Assembly (NCBI GenBank): GCA_052426225.1
Contig: JBNJNM010000009.1
Span: 1,302,001-1,366,000, forward strand
DNA length: 64,000 nucleotides
Direction of reading: 5' to 3'
Source: Zancudomyces culisetae HAW-14-8
Lineage: Eukaryota; Fungi; Kickxellomycota
Shown here: positions 46,200 to 58,921 of the stretch, one piece after another
Position numbering within the stretch: the stretch's first letter is position 1
Layout of the letters: each line of letters begins with the position of its first letter
The notes under the pieces: generated by a model
Databases searched by the model: none
Told to the model about the DNA's origin: nothing
What the model saw: the letters and a program-made list of their open reading frames with translations, nothing else
Made by a program: the position numbers and the translations under genes

Positions 46200-48568
46200 T
46201 GACAACTGGCAAACGAAATATGGCAAAACAAAAACAATATTATAACATCAAGGTAAAGTTTATTAAGTGGTTAGAGTCTGCAAAACTTGATATTAATAAC
46301 GTTTCAGTTGTTGATGTTATCAATTTCCTTGATGAACATCGTATTAGTAACAATTTAAAAGTTGGTACTATAAAAAACTACAAGTCTGCTATCATCGATA
46401 TTAATGCAGAATGGCGAACATTTAGCAGCGATATTTTGATGATTGATTATTTAAAACAGCTCGATTCAACTTCAGTTCGATCTTTTAACAACCCTAACTA
46501 CGATATTAATCCGATTATTGAACATATTAAAAATTTTGGTTCAAATTTTAAAATGAGCAAGCAAAACTTAACAATTAAATTTTGTAGGTTGCTAGCAATT
46601 TGTGGATTTTTAAGACCTTCTGACATTGAACGAATAGACGATTCAAAGACGGAAATCAATAAAGATTATGTTAAATTTGTTATTGTTGGACCAAAAGAAA
46701 AGCGAAGTGGAAATCCGATTGAAAAGGTCAGTATAATCCACGCACATAGCGACTATAAATTATGTCCTGTAGTAACATACAGAGCATATAAAAAACGCAT
46801 TGCAACTTTTCCGAGTGTTGCAAACCATCCGATCCTCGATGGAGTACAATTGCACTACCTTATCCGCAACTTAAAGTATAACGACAAACACATTGGGGCA
46901 CAACGAATCAGTAAACACATTAATTTATTGATGTCACTCTTGCAGTTGCCAGAATGCGCAAAGTTACCAAAAGCATGAGCATTAGGATCCATCAGAGCTA
47001 CAAAGCTAGTGTCATGAACTGATTCTAGAATGTTCGAAAACGTTCTAGAATCATCGGATTTTATTCCGCAGTAATGTTTAGAATGTTCCCCAACATTCTA
47101 GAACATTACCGAAAATTCACATTATTTATTAATTTTTATTACGTAATAATTTTCACATGTTTAATTTTAATAGCATTCGAGTTTGAATTTTGTTTGATTA
47201 CTAATCCAATTTGATTAGTAATCAAACACGTTTTTCTTTAGCTTGAATTTTTAGCTATTCCGCAGTTTTCATAGTGATTATGTTCAAAAACCAAGGCTGG
47301 AAAAAAGTATAAAAAGGGTACAAATTTCCTGTCTTGGATTCAGTATCTAGTATCTTGTATACATTCATACAATAAACTTTAATAATAATAAATATAACTT
47401 TCCAGACTCCAGATCTTGACACTATACTAGATCAAAATATTATATGTATTATTTTCTGAAACCAGCCTAAGTATTTTAACCATGGAACCGTTTAGCCCAG
47501 AACAAGTTGAATTCCTCAACAAAGCCGCCGTGACCCTGCCAGCAGTTGAAGAAGCCCTCCAGCAACTACTAATAAGAGTAGAAAAAGCCGAGTCTGCCAT
47601 CAAGGAACACCCTGCCACAGTATCCAAGAAAATTTATGACAAGGTCAAAGCAGACACTACCAAGTCCATCCAGACCATTCTTGACTCCATGAACAACCTC
47701 CAGTCCGATATCCAGAATTCAGACCAGCTAACCCAAAGCGCCATACAGGCCAACCAGTTGGAAATCCAATCCCTTCAGGACCAGCTCAGTACCCTCAGGA
47801 ACGAAGTCATACTTTATATAACTGAAAACCGTGCCACCAAAGTTGCTAGTACTTCTGAACCTAGTATCAAAGTAAGACACCCAGACACATTTTCAGGAAA
47901 ACCCTCCGCCTGTTCCAACTTCTTTTCACAGCTTGCTCTCGTCTTTGCCGCTTCACCCGATAAATTCAACACAGACTCAAGTAAAGTCTTGTATGCCATC
48001 TCCTACCTCTCAGGCACACCATTCAGTTACATGGAACCTTACCTCATGAAAGCAAACCTTCCAGAGTCTGACCGTCCTGCCATCCTCTCCAACTACAATC
48101 TGTTTAAAGAAACTATCACTCGTGTCATGATTTATCATGCCATTTGTAATTAAATACACGTGTTGTATTTAATTACTAAATTGCTGCGCAATTTTGTCAA
48201 AAATCATTTTGGGAAATTTAATTTTGTTGATTGCGCAGTAGATTAGGTAATTTAGAAACGTGTTAAAATTACGACATTTTGCTGCGCAATTACACGTTTT
48301 ACATTACTAATCAATTGATTATTAATCATTCTAGAATTCTAACATTCTAGAATTTTCTAAATAGTTATAACAATGTTTTTCATAGTTTTTTAGTAGTTTT
48401 GGAAAAGTATATATAGCCATAGATTTTATTGAAAGAGAACTTCAGCAATAAAATATCTTCACAAGATATATACTACTTTAAATAACTAAATAATATAAAA
48501 TAAAATAATACTTAGTTGTCAGGTCCTGACATTATTTTATTGCTACTTCAACTACCTATTATTTTACC

Positions 48569-49462
48569 ATGAATGACGAACAGTTAAACCAGTTAACTGC
48601 CGAACTCCAAGCTCTCAGAGAAGAGAATGCCAGGTTACAAGCGTTGCAAGCCGCAACCCAAGATCAGCCAGTACCTACCGCCTTGCCAGTCCAAGCCCCA
48701 GCCCAAGCTCCCGCTCAGTTTCCAGCCCATGTCCCATCAGCCAGAATTGCCTTGCCAGAGAGGTACGATGGAGACCGAAGTCAGTTCAGAGGTTTCACGA
48801 ATCAATGCCGTCTTCTATTCTTTACTCATCCTGACCACTACCCGTCCCAAACCAATAAGGTAGGGTTGATCATGTCTCTTCTTACTGGAAACGCACTAAG
48901 ATGGGCAAGCCCTTATATTGAGAAGGGTAGCCCAGTGCTCCAAGATTATGAACTCTTTATGAAGGAGTTCTCAAAGGTGTTCGATGACCCACAACGAACA
49001 CAGACCGCAAACGACGCCATCCGTGCGCTCCGCCAAGGTTCTACAACAGTATCAATGTACTCTTCTGAGTCCAGAAGACTCATGATGGACCTAGACTGGC
49101 GCGAGTCCGCTCTCGTATCCCAGTTCGCAGAAGGTCTCAACGAAAACATTTTGGATACCCTTGCCTTGTTCCAGACACCTTCAGACCTAGAAGGGTATAT
49201 CAATGCAGCCATCACAGTTGACAGCAGACTCACCAGACGGAAGGAAGAGAAAGCCAGGAGACGCAGAGGAATCCAACCATCAATATCAACCACCACGCAA
49301 ACCACAGAACCCATGCAAGTAGACAGTGTTCATCGCACTGTATCCCAGCCTGAACTTGACCGTAGAATGAAACTTGGACTTTGCTTCTACTGTGGTGGTG
49401 AAAAGCACCAAGCCCAAAATTGCCCAGAAAAATCCAAGAAGCCCAAGCCGGAAAACCAATAG
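48569..49462 (+). CDS. Gypsy B gag
   Basis: LPERYDGDR..FRGF, LRQG, EPMQVD, CFYCGGEKHQAQNCP. Confidence 0.92.
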   Translation: MNDEQLNQLTAELQALREENARLQALQAATQDQPVPTALPVQAPAQAPAQFPAHVPSARIALPERYDGDRSQFRGFTNQCRLLFFTHPDHYPSQTNKVGLIMSLLTGNALRWASPYIEKGSPVLQDYELFMKEFSKVFDDPQRTQTANDAIRALRQGSTTVSMYSSESRRLMMDLDWRESALVSQFAEGLNENILDTLALFQTPSDLEGYINAAITVDSRLTRRKEEKARRRRGIQPSISTTTQTTEPMQVDSVHRTVSQPELDRRMKLGLCFYCGGEKHQAQNCPEKSKKPKPENQ

Positions 49463-52400
49463 GTTCAGGTTCAGAACGGAAGCAAACCCTGAACCTACAA
49501 GATGCTTCCACAGTTTCCATGAAGTCCGAACCCATGTCTATGACAGTTCCAAAACAAAGTCCTAACCCCGTCCTTAACCATTCACACCGTTTTATGATTC
49601 CTGTCACAGTCCACATGCCAAGCAAGCTCAGCTTTAAGATCATGGCCATGATCGATTCAGGTGCTTCAGGAATGTTTATCAACAAGAAAATTGTAGACTC
49701 AAAGCATATTCGTACCCAAGCCAAGAAAGACCCAGTCTCAGTTGAGTTCATAGATGGTAGTCCGTTGACCGAAGGCCCAATTACCCATCACACCAAGCCA
49801 CTCAAGATTCAGATTCAAAGTAACCACTGTGAACTAGCTGTATTCGACGTTATGACTTGTTATCATGCTGATATGATTTTGGGTCTCCCGTGGCTAGAAC
49901 TTCATGACCCTGCTATTAATTGGAAAACCCGTTCCATATTGTTTGACAAAGACTACTGTAACAAGAATTGTTTTAAACTTCTAAAGAATACTTTCAAAAA
50001 AAGATGTACTAAACAACGTAAGCGACAGTTCAATTATGAGACCGGACCTATAGTCGGAACACCACCAGGGCTACAATCATATCAACCAATGGGTTTACCT
50101 ATAGTAAACAGTAGTCAAAGAAACCACAGCCAAACTAAAGTCCAAGATAACCACAGCCAAGAAAACCACAGCCATGCAATTAAAACCCATAGCCAAGAAA
50201 ACCACAGCCAAACTAAAGTCCAAGATAACCACAGCCAAGAAAACCACAGCCATGCAATTATAACCCATAACCAAGAAAACCACAGCCAAGAAAACCACAG
50301 CCAAGAAAACAATAGTCAAGGAATCAATAGTCAAGGAATCAATAGTCAAGGAAACCACAGCAAACCACAAGTCCAAGAAGACCACAGCCGAGCTAACAAC
50401 AATCAAGAAACCAAAGTCCAAGATTTCCACTGCCAAGGTACCCAAACTCAAAGCCAAGAAACCCAAATCCATGATGAACAGGAGCCTCACCAAGTAGACA
50501 TCCTCAATGATTCCCACTTTGATCCTACTGATACTTTTGAGTTAGAATCTATCTTAGATGCTAACTACCTTTCTGACTCCTCGTCTTGTTCAGAAATGAG
50601 TATGGAAACGCAATCCTCCACATCCGATAGTTCCAGTGCCTCTGAATACCTAGACCTACCAATGGATGAGGCTCCACCCATTCCACCAATCCCACTCATG
50701 ATTAGACCAATGACCCCACCACCTGCAGACCCAGTGGAACCAATCAGAAAACGCCCAAGTAACATCATACTGAACGAGCCGTACCCCACCAAGAAAAAGA
50801 AACTTACAGTATCACACATGATTGGTCTCATCAGCCAAGCCAAGCCTAGTCTACCAACGACCGAAGAAGTTACCATTCCTGCCAAATACCATGATCTCCG
50901 CCAAGCCTTTGATAAACAAATGGCTGACACCTTACCACCTCACAGAGAATACGATTGCCCCATAGACCTGGTTCCTGATGCTAAGCTACCGTATGGCCCT
51001 ATCTACCCTCTGGCTCCCAAAGAAAGGAAAGTCCTCAAAGAGTATATCGATGAAAATCTAGCCAAGGGGTTTATTGTTAAATCCAAGTCTCCTGCTGCCG
51101 CACCCGTCTTTTTCACGGGTAAGAAAGATGGTTCACTAAGACTCGTCGTTGACTACAGAGAGCTCAACAAGGTCGTCATACGCAACCGGTATCCATTACC
51201 GTTGATGACTGAGCTGCTAGAAAGAGTACAGCAATCCAAGATCTTCACCAAACTCGATCTTCGTGGTGCATACAACCTCGTGCGTATTCGTAAAGGTGAC
51301 GAGGAAAAAACTGCTTTCCGCACACAGTATGGCCACTTTGAGTATAGAGTAATGCCATTTGGGCTTGCAAATGCCCCTGCAACGTTCCAGTCTTTTGTCA
51401 ATGATATCTTCAGAGACATACTTGATTTGTATGTTGTCATATATCTGGATGACATTCTCATATTCTCCGCAAGTCCTGAAGAGCATACACTTCATGTCCG
51501 ATCTGTACTTGAACGCCTAATAAAAAACAAACTCTATGCCAAACTAGAAAAATGTGAGTTTGACAAGGATAGAGTGGATTTTCTGGGATATGTCATCACG
51601 CCTGCCGGATTATCCATGGACCCCTCACGTATCGCCGCAATCAAAGACTGGGCCACACCACAATCTGTAAAGGACATTCAAGTATTCCTAGGCTTTGTCA
51701 ACTTTTATCGCCGATTCATTGATAACCACTCCAAGATAGTACAACCAATTACTTCACTGTTAAAGAAAAATGCCCAGTTTATCTGGGGCTCCGCTCAACA
51801 GTCAGCATTTGAAGAGCTAAAAGCCAAATGTACCTCCTCACCAGTTCTTGCGCACCCGGACCCCAACAAACAGTTCATACTGGAGTGTGATGCTTCAAAC
51901 TATGCTCTCGGTGCTGTTCTGTCTCAGAAGCACGATGGTGTCACACATCCAGTAGCCTTCTATTCCAGAACCCTTAACCCTGCGGAACAGAACTATCACA
52001 TCTATGATAAGGAGCTGCTCGCAATTAAATGCGCTCTTGAACAATGGAGACATCATTTGGAAGGTGCCTCACATCCTGTCCTTTTAATCACAGACCACAA
52101 AAACTTGGAATATTTTCGCTCAGCCAAAATACTTAACCAGAGACAAGCCAGGTGGGCACTTTTCCTAACCAGATTCGACATTGAATTGACTTACCGGCCA
52201 GGAACTCAGAACGGAAAGGCCGATGCTCTATCCCGAAAAGATGAGCATAAGAGGGGGGTAGATAATCTTGATCCCCGTCCCATTTGGCAGCCTAAGATTA
52301 TCGTTGGTTCAATAGATACTAGCCAGTCCAGCGATCTCATGTCAATGATACTATCCATGACCAAGACCAGTAACGAAGCCCAAGCCCTGATAACCAAGTC

Positions 52401-53777
52401 CAAGTTACCGTCCTCAAAGCTCACAGTCACAGATGGCCTAGTCAGATACAAGGGCCTAGTCTATGTTCCAGAACCACTTAGACTCCAAATCCTTGAAATG
52501 TGCCATGATTCACTGCTTGCTGGCCATTTCGGTAGAAGCAAGACACACAGCCTTATATCCCGTAATTATTGGTGGCCAGGAATTCGAACCACTATTCAGG
52601 AATACATCGACTCCTGTGAAACGTGTAACCGCATCAAACATGTCACAACCAAGCCATCTGAAATGCTCATGCCATTAAACACCCCCAATCGTCCTTGGGA
52701 AGCTGTTTCTATGGATTTCATAGTGGAGTTACCTCGTTCTGAAGGTAATACTGTAGTCTTGGTGGTAGTGGACCGCTTAACCAAGATGGCCCACTTTATT
52801 CCGCTCAAGAGTACTCCGTCCGCTACAGAAACAGCCACAAAGTTTATGGAGTACGTTTTCAAGCTACACGGTATGCCACAAAGCATTGTTTCTGACCGTG
52901 GACCCCAGTTTGTTTCTAAGTTCTGGAGAGAACTAACTCGACTCCTAAAGATTGACTTGCACATGTCTACCGCATACCATCCACAGTCTGATGGTCAGAC
53001 AGAACGAGTCAACCAGATACTCGAGCAGTATCTGCGTTGTTTCGTCAATTATCAACAAGACAATTGGGTCCAGCTTCTCCCCATGGCCGAGTTTGCATAT
53101 AACAATGCGACTCATGCATCTACCAAAGCCAGTCCCTTCTACGCTAACTATGGTTATGACCCTCAACTAACCATTGACCTAACCTCTGACTCCAAAGTAC
53201 CTAGTGCGCTAGAATTTGCTACTCATCTGAAAAACATTCAAGACCAACTCAAGTTACATCTAGAAACTGCCAAGAGTAACTATAAACGTTTTGCTGACAA
53301 AAAACGATCAGATACCCAAGACTTCAAGCCAGGCTCCAAAGTATGGCTTTCTCAAGCCAATATCAAGACCATGCGACCATCGCACAAGTTAGACTTCAAA
53401 TACATTGGTCCATTTGAAATTATTGAGATGGTCAATCCTGTAACTGCTAAACTCAAGCTACCTGACAATATGAAAATTCATCCCGTCTTCCACGTGTCCC
53501 TGCTTAAACCACATAAACAGACATCATATTCTAACCGTACCCAACCACCCCACCTCCTATCATAGTAGACAATCAAGAAGAATACGAAGTATCTTCTATC
53601 CTGGACTCCAAGTTTGTTAAAAGGAAATTAAAGTATCTGATTGATTGGAAAGGATACAGTCCTGAAGATCGGACATGGGAATATGCTGAAGACGTTCATG
53701 CACCTGACCTCGTTGCCAAGTTCCATGCCAGATATCCAGAAAAGCCAGGACCGCGTGCCAGCATTAGAGAGGGATGA
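49420..53777 (+). CDS. Gypsy B pol (PR-RT-RH-IN); chromodomain shifted to the -1 frame at ~53550
   Basis: IDSGA, YLDD, CDAS, ADALSR, HHCC, SDRGPQF, YIGPF; EEYEVSSILD..WKGY..RTWE in the adjacent frame to 53777. Confidence 0.92.
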
Positions 53778-54749
53778 TGTCATGATTTATCATGCCATTT
53801 GTAATTAAATACACGTGTTGTATTTAATTACTAAATTGCTGCGCAATTTTGTCAAAAATCATTTTGGGAAATTTAATTTTGTTGATTGCGCAGTAGATTA
53901 GGTAATTTAGAAACGTGTTAAAATTACGACATTTTGCTGCGCAATTACACGTTTTACATTACTAATCAATTGATTATTAATCATTCTAGAATTCTAACAT
54001 TCTAGAATTTTCTAAATAGTTATAACAATGTTTTTCATAGTTTTTTAGTAGTTTTGGAAAAGTATATATAGCCATAGATTTTATTGAAAGAGAACTTCAG
54101 CAATAAAATATCTTCACAAGATATATACTACTTTAAATAACTAAATAATATAAAATAAAATAATACTTAGTTGTCAGGTCCTGACAACTCGTGCCTTTGG
54201 TGATCCCAACCCTATTGAGAATGCTGATAGGGCAATCCGCCAACTCCGCCAAACCACTTCCGTTGCCGCATATGCCACCGAGTTTAGACGCCTACAGATG
54301 TTAATTGACTGGAACCAACCACCTTTGATCTCACAGTTTCTATCCGGTCTCAAGTACAACGTATCCCAGGAACTCAACCGTAGAGAACAAATAGAAGACA
54401 TCGATACCCTGATCTCTACAGCCATCCAGATCGACAACCGCCTCTTCAGCCATCCACAACGTCGTCAACCTCCAGTTAACCCCACTGCAACTATGCCACC
54501 CAAACCCACTGCTTACAACCCGTTTGCTTCACCTGTTTCTGCACCATCTACCACTCCACCAGCTAATAGTGATGGACCGCAACCAATGGATCTCAGTACC
54601 GCTTCATCGACTAGAAGACCACCACTTACTCCTGCTCAAAGAGCATACCGTATCGAAAACAACCTCTGTCTCTATTGTGGCGGTAATGACCATTTCAACA
54701 TCAACTGTCCAAAGAAACGCCACAACATGTCCAGCATTACACCAACACA

Positions 54750-57700
54750 GGAAAACGACACCGCCCAGTAGACAGTAAGGGACACCTATTGGGCAACTTA
54801 GCCAGTCCCCACGCCACTGTAACCACTCCTGTTTCTGACACCCAATCTCCTGATAAACCAAACACCTTGACCATTCCTGTAACCATCTTGTCCAAGCACC
54901 ACCACATCAAAACCTACGCTATGGTTGATTCTGGTGCTTCGTCCTCGTTCATTGACGCCAATTTTGCTCTAAAAAACAATCTACCATCTATATCTAGAAA
55001 AATGACAATCACGCTCGCTGACGGATCAAAGCTTAGATCCAACTCTGCCTCCCAAGTATCACTAAAAATCAACGATAACCATCTCGAAAGTATCTATCTG
55101 CAACAAATAGACCTTGGATCTTCACCAATCATCCTTGGTCTTTCCTGGCTTCAACAACACAATCCTGACATCAACTGGACTGAGAACATAGTCCATCTGC
55201 CTTGTACCTTGACTTCTTGTGGGCCCAACCATGTCAACCTAGACATCTCTCTTGTGGGCTCAAACCAGTTTAAAGAACATCTGAAGGCACCAGACACTGT
55301 CTATGCTGGTGCAATTACCGTGAACAATCTTGAATCCCTTGTAGCTCCTGAATCTTGTGAAAATCTCTGTCTTGTCTCTGAATCTAATCCTGAAACCCCT
55401 GTTACTCCTGTATTCCCTGAAAAGTATAAAATGTTTGAATCTGTCTTCTCTGAATCCCAATCTGCCAAACTGCCTGAACATCGTCCATATGATCATACCA
55501 TTCCTTTGCTTCCTGACTCAAAGATACCATATGGCCCATTGTACAACCTCTCCCAATTGGAACTAAAGACCCTGTACGACTACATTCAGGAAAACCTAGC
55601 CAATGGTTTTATCCAACGCTCTGAATCCCCGGCTGGGGCTCCCGTCCTATTTGTAAAAAAGAAAGATGGTAGTCTCCGGTTGTGCGTCGACTATAGAGCC
55701 CTGAATAAGATCACTGTCCCCAACCGTGCAGCCTTGCCACTCATCTCTGAAACCTTGGATCGGCTTGGCAAAGCCAAGATATTCACCAAGCTGGATATGA
55801 AATCCGCATACCACATGATCAGGATCTCGCCTGGTGAAGAATGGAAGACCGCGTTTCGTACACGCTACGGCCACTTCGAGTATAAGGTCATGCCGTTTGG
55901 CCTTATGAATGCTCCAGCCACGTTCCAGTCCTTTGTTAACGATCTCTTCCGTGAATACATTGATCAATTCCTTGTTGTGTACATCGATGATCTGTTAATC
56001 TACTCAGATGATATCGATAAGCACTATGACCACGTCTGCCTTGTCTTGAAGAAGCTTCAGGAACACAATCTCACCCTCAAGCTAGAGAAATGTGAGTTTG
56101 ATGTACAATCAGTACAGTTCCTCGGTTTTGTAATTGGCCCCAACGGAATCTCTATGGATCCATCTAAAGTATCCAGCGTTACCGAATGGAAGACACCAAC
56201 TTGTGTCCGTGACGTTCAGGTATTCCTTGGCCTTACAAACTTCTACCGCCGTTTTATTTTGAACTACTCCAAGATATCTCTGCCGCTCACCGCCTTGTTG
56301 AAAAAAGGTGTCCAATTCCAGTGGACACCCAAAGCTGAAGAAGCTTTCGCCTTGCTAAAAGAAACCATGATCAGTAACCCAGTCTTAGCTCACTACAATC
56401 CTGACCAGCCTTGTATCATCGAAACCGATGCATCAGATTTTGCATTAGGTGCCATTTGCAGCCAGTATGACAACGAGGGACAACTCCACCCTGTTGCATA
56501 CTACTCCCGCAAACTCCTGCCTGCTGAAGTGAATTATCAAATCTATGATAAGGAACTGTTAGCAATTATCGACGCTTTTGCTCACTGGCGTCACTACCTT
56601 GAATTTTCTGTACACCCAACCGTTGTTATGACCGACCATAAAAACTTGGAATACTTCTCCACTACCAGAAATCTTAGTCGCCGCCAAGTCAGATGGTCAG
56701 AATACCTCAGTAACTTCAACTTTGTCATCAAGTACCGCCCTGGAAAACAGAACACTGCCGCCGATGCTCTTTCTCGGAAAGACCAACCTTGGAAGGGGGG
56801 TGACTCCCGTACTGACCAAAACAAAATAACTTTGCTGCCTCCTGAAATCTTCTTGAAGTCCATGACTAGTACACCTGTTGAACCTTTGTCATCCACGCTC
56901 ATGAACAACATCAAGTCACTACAACCCAAAGACACGTACTTTGGACCCATTTACACTGACTTATCCAAGAAACCTGATTCCCATGAAAAGTTCGCTCTTG
57001 TTGACAATCTTCTGCACTATGATGGACTAATCTGTATCCCCTCAGACGACAACATCAAAAGAACAATTCTGATTGAATGCCATGATTCCCCTGCTGCCGG
57101 CCACTTTGGAAATGCAAAGACGTACGAACTTGTATCTCGCAACTTTTACTGGCCAACCATGAGAAAATATATCAAAGACTACATCTCTGGTTGCGATACC
57201 TGTCAACGCAACAAATCCTCTCGCCATAAACCATATGGCTACCTCGCTCCACTTCCCGTTCCTGATTCACCTTGGTCATCTGTTTCTGTCGACTTCATCA
57301 CTCAGCTACCTCCATCCAATAACTTTACTGCAATCTGTGTATTTGTGGATCGCCTTACCAAGATGGCGCATTTTGTTCCCACAACCAATGAAATTGATGC
57401 TGAAGGTACTGCAGATCTGTTTATCCAACATGTCTTCTGCAAACATGGGCTCCCTAAAGACATCGTATCTGATAGAGGTGTGACCTTCAATTCATCATTC
57501 ATGCGTACTCTAATGAAATCACTGAATATTGAACAGAAAATGTCCACCGCATTCCATCCTCAGACAGATGGACAAACTGAACGCGTAAACTCAGTATTGG
57601 AACAGTATCTCAGGTGCTACATTGATTACCAACAAACTGATTGGTCAAAGTGGTTACCAATTGCTGAATTCGCCTACAACAACACATCTCATGCTTCTAC

Positions 57701-58367
57701 TAAAACCACACCTTTCTACGCCAACTATGGCTTCCATCCACGCTTCTCAGTCATAATCCCTCGTACTCAAGTTTTAAATCCTGCCTCCTCTGATAGATCC
57801 AAACGACTATCTGATATCCACCAAGAACTGAAGTTTAACATCTCCCTTGCCCTTGAAGACCATGAGAAATACTACAACCGAAAAGTATCATCACAACCTG
57901 ACTTCAACATTGGTGATCTTGTCTATCTCTCAACTAAAAACATCAGGACTCAAAGACCAAGCAAGAAGCTTGACTATCGGAAACTTGGTCCATTCAAAGT
58001 ATTGGAAAAGATTGGACAAAGATCATACAAACTTCAGCTACCACACACAATGAAGATTCATCCAGTATTCCACGTCAATCTCCTTGAACATTGTAAACCA
58101 GATCTGATTCCAGACAGACTATCAAAACCGCTTCCACCTGTGATCATTGACGGTCAAGAAGAATATGAAGTTGAGAAAATCCTAGACAGTAAAATATTTG
58201 GTAGAACTGTCAAATACCTGGTACACTGGAAAGGATACCCAGACACTGAACGTACCTGGCAAACATATTCTGACTTAGCAAATGCAAATTATCTTGTCAC
58301 TGAATTCCATCGTCACCATCCTGAAAAACCAAAGCCAACACAAATGCTTCACGGAGCTCAGCCTTAA
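54750..58367 (+). CDS. Gypsy A pol (PR-RT-RH-IN-chromodomain), intact, -1 frame to gag
   Basis: VDSGA, YIDD, TDAS, ADALSR, SDRG, KLGPF, EEYEVEKILD..WKGY..RTW; slippery GGAAAAC at 54750-54756. Confidence 0.93.
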   Translation, partial: GKRHRPVDSKGHLLGNLASPHATVTTPVSDTQSPDKPNTLTIPVTILSKHHHIKTYAMVDSGASSSFIDANFALKNNLPSISRKMTITLADGSKLRSNSASQVSLKINDNHLESIYLQQIDLGSSPIILGLSWLQQHNPDINWTENIVHLPCTLTSCGPNHVNLDISLVGSNQFKEHLKAPDTVYAGAITVNNLESLVAPESCENLCLVSESNPETPVTPVFPEKYKMFESVFSESQSAKLPEHRPYDHTIPLLPDSKIPYGPLYNLSQLELKTLYDYIQENLANGFIQRSESPAGAPVLFVKKKDGSLRLCVDYRALNKITVPNRAALPLISETLDRLGKAKIFTKLDMKSAYHMIRISPGEEWKTAFRTRYGHFEYKVMPFGLMNAPATFQSFVNDLFREYIDQFLVVYIDDLLIYSDDIDKHYDHVCLVLKKLQEHNLTLKLEKCEFDVQSVQFLGFVIGPNGISMDPSKVSSVTEWKTPTCVRDVQVFLGLTNFYRRFILNYSKISLPLTALLKKGVQFQWTPKAEEAFALLKETMISNPVLAHYNPDQPCIIETDASDFALGAICSQYDNEGQLHPVAYYSRKLLPAEVNYQIYDKELLAIIDAFAHWRHYLEFSVHPTVVMTDHKNLEYFSTTRNLSRRQVRWSEYLSNFNFVIKYRPGKQNTAADALSRKDQPWKGGDSRTDQNKITLLPPEIFLKSMTSTPVEPLSSTLMNNIKSLQPKDTYFGPIYTDLSKKPDSHEKFALVDNLLHYDGLICIPSDDNIKRTILIECHDSPAAGHFGNAKTYELVSRNFYWPTMRKYIKDYISGCDTCQRNKSSRHKPYGYLAPLPVPDSPWSSVSVDFITQLPPSNNFTAICVFVDRLTKMAHFVPTTNEIDAEGTADLFIQHVFCKHGLPKDIVSDRGVTFNSSFMRTLMKSLNIEQKMSTAFHPQTDGQTERVNSVLEQYLRCYIDYQQTDWSKWLPIAEFAYNNTSHASTKTTPFYANYGFHPRFSVIIPRTQVLNPASSDRSKRLSDIHQELKFNISLALEDHEKYYNRKVSSQPDFNIGDLVYLSTKNIRTQRPSKKLDYRKLGPFKVLEKIGQRSYKLQLPHTMKIHPVFHVNLLEHCKPDLIPDRLSKPLPPVIIDGQEEYEVEKILDSKIFGRTVKYLVHWKGYPDTERTWQTYSDLANANYLVTEFHRHHPEKPKPTQMLHGAQP

Positions 58368-58921
58368 AAGGGGAGGTCGTGTCATGAACTGATTCTAGAA
58401 TGTTCGAAAACGTTCTAGAATCATCGGATTTTATTCCGCAGTAATGTTTAGAATGTTCCCCAACATTCTAGAACATTACCGAAAATTCACATTATTTATT
58501 AATTTTTATTACGTAATAATTTTCACATGTTTAATTTTAATAGCATTCGAGTTTGAATTTTGTTTGATTACTAATCCAATTGGATTAGTAATCAAACACG
58601 TTTTTCTTTAGCTTGAATTTTTAGCTATTCCGCAGTTTTCATAGTGATTATGTTCAAAAACCAAGGCTGGAAAAAAGTATAAAAAGGGTACAAATTTCCT
58701 GTCTTGGATTCAGTATCTAGTATCTTGTATACATTCATACTATAAACTTTAATAATAATAAATATAACTCTCCTGACTCCAGATCTTGACAGCTAGGTGC
58801 GACATACGACGATGTTATTGCACAAGGATTTTGGGCAAGTAAAAGTATATTTGATACTTATTATCAATTATCACGTAGAACTCGTGAAAATTTAACTCAA
58901 TTTATCTTGAACTCTGAAGCT

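Larger units (their letters stand above)
48123..54186 (+). mobile_element. Ty3/Gypsy chromovirus B, full length
   Basis: 409-bp LTRs 48123-48531 and 53778-54186, identical by eye; TSD ACTCG; PPT AGAGAGGGA. Confidence 0.95.
47482..54771 (+). pseudogene. Gypsy A gag (47482-48122 plus 54192-54771)
   Basis: PDTFSG..FFSQL, rejoined KETITR|AFGDPN, PQPMDL, zinc knuckle CLYCGGNDHFNINCP. Confidence 0.9.
47010..58791 (+). mobile_element. Ty3/Gypsy chromovirus A, full length, gag interrupted by element B
   Basis: 412-bp LTRs 47010-47421 and 58380-58791 (4 differences seen by eye), TSD GCTAG, PPT AAAAGGGGAGG. Confidence 0.95.
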
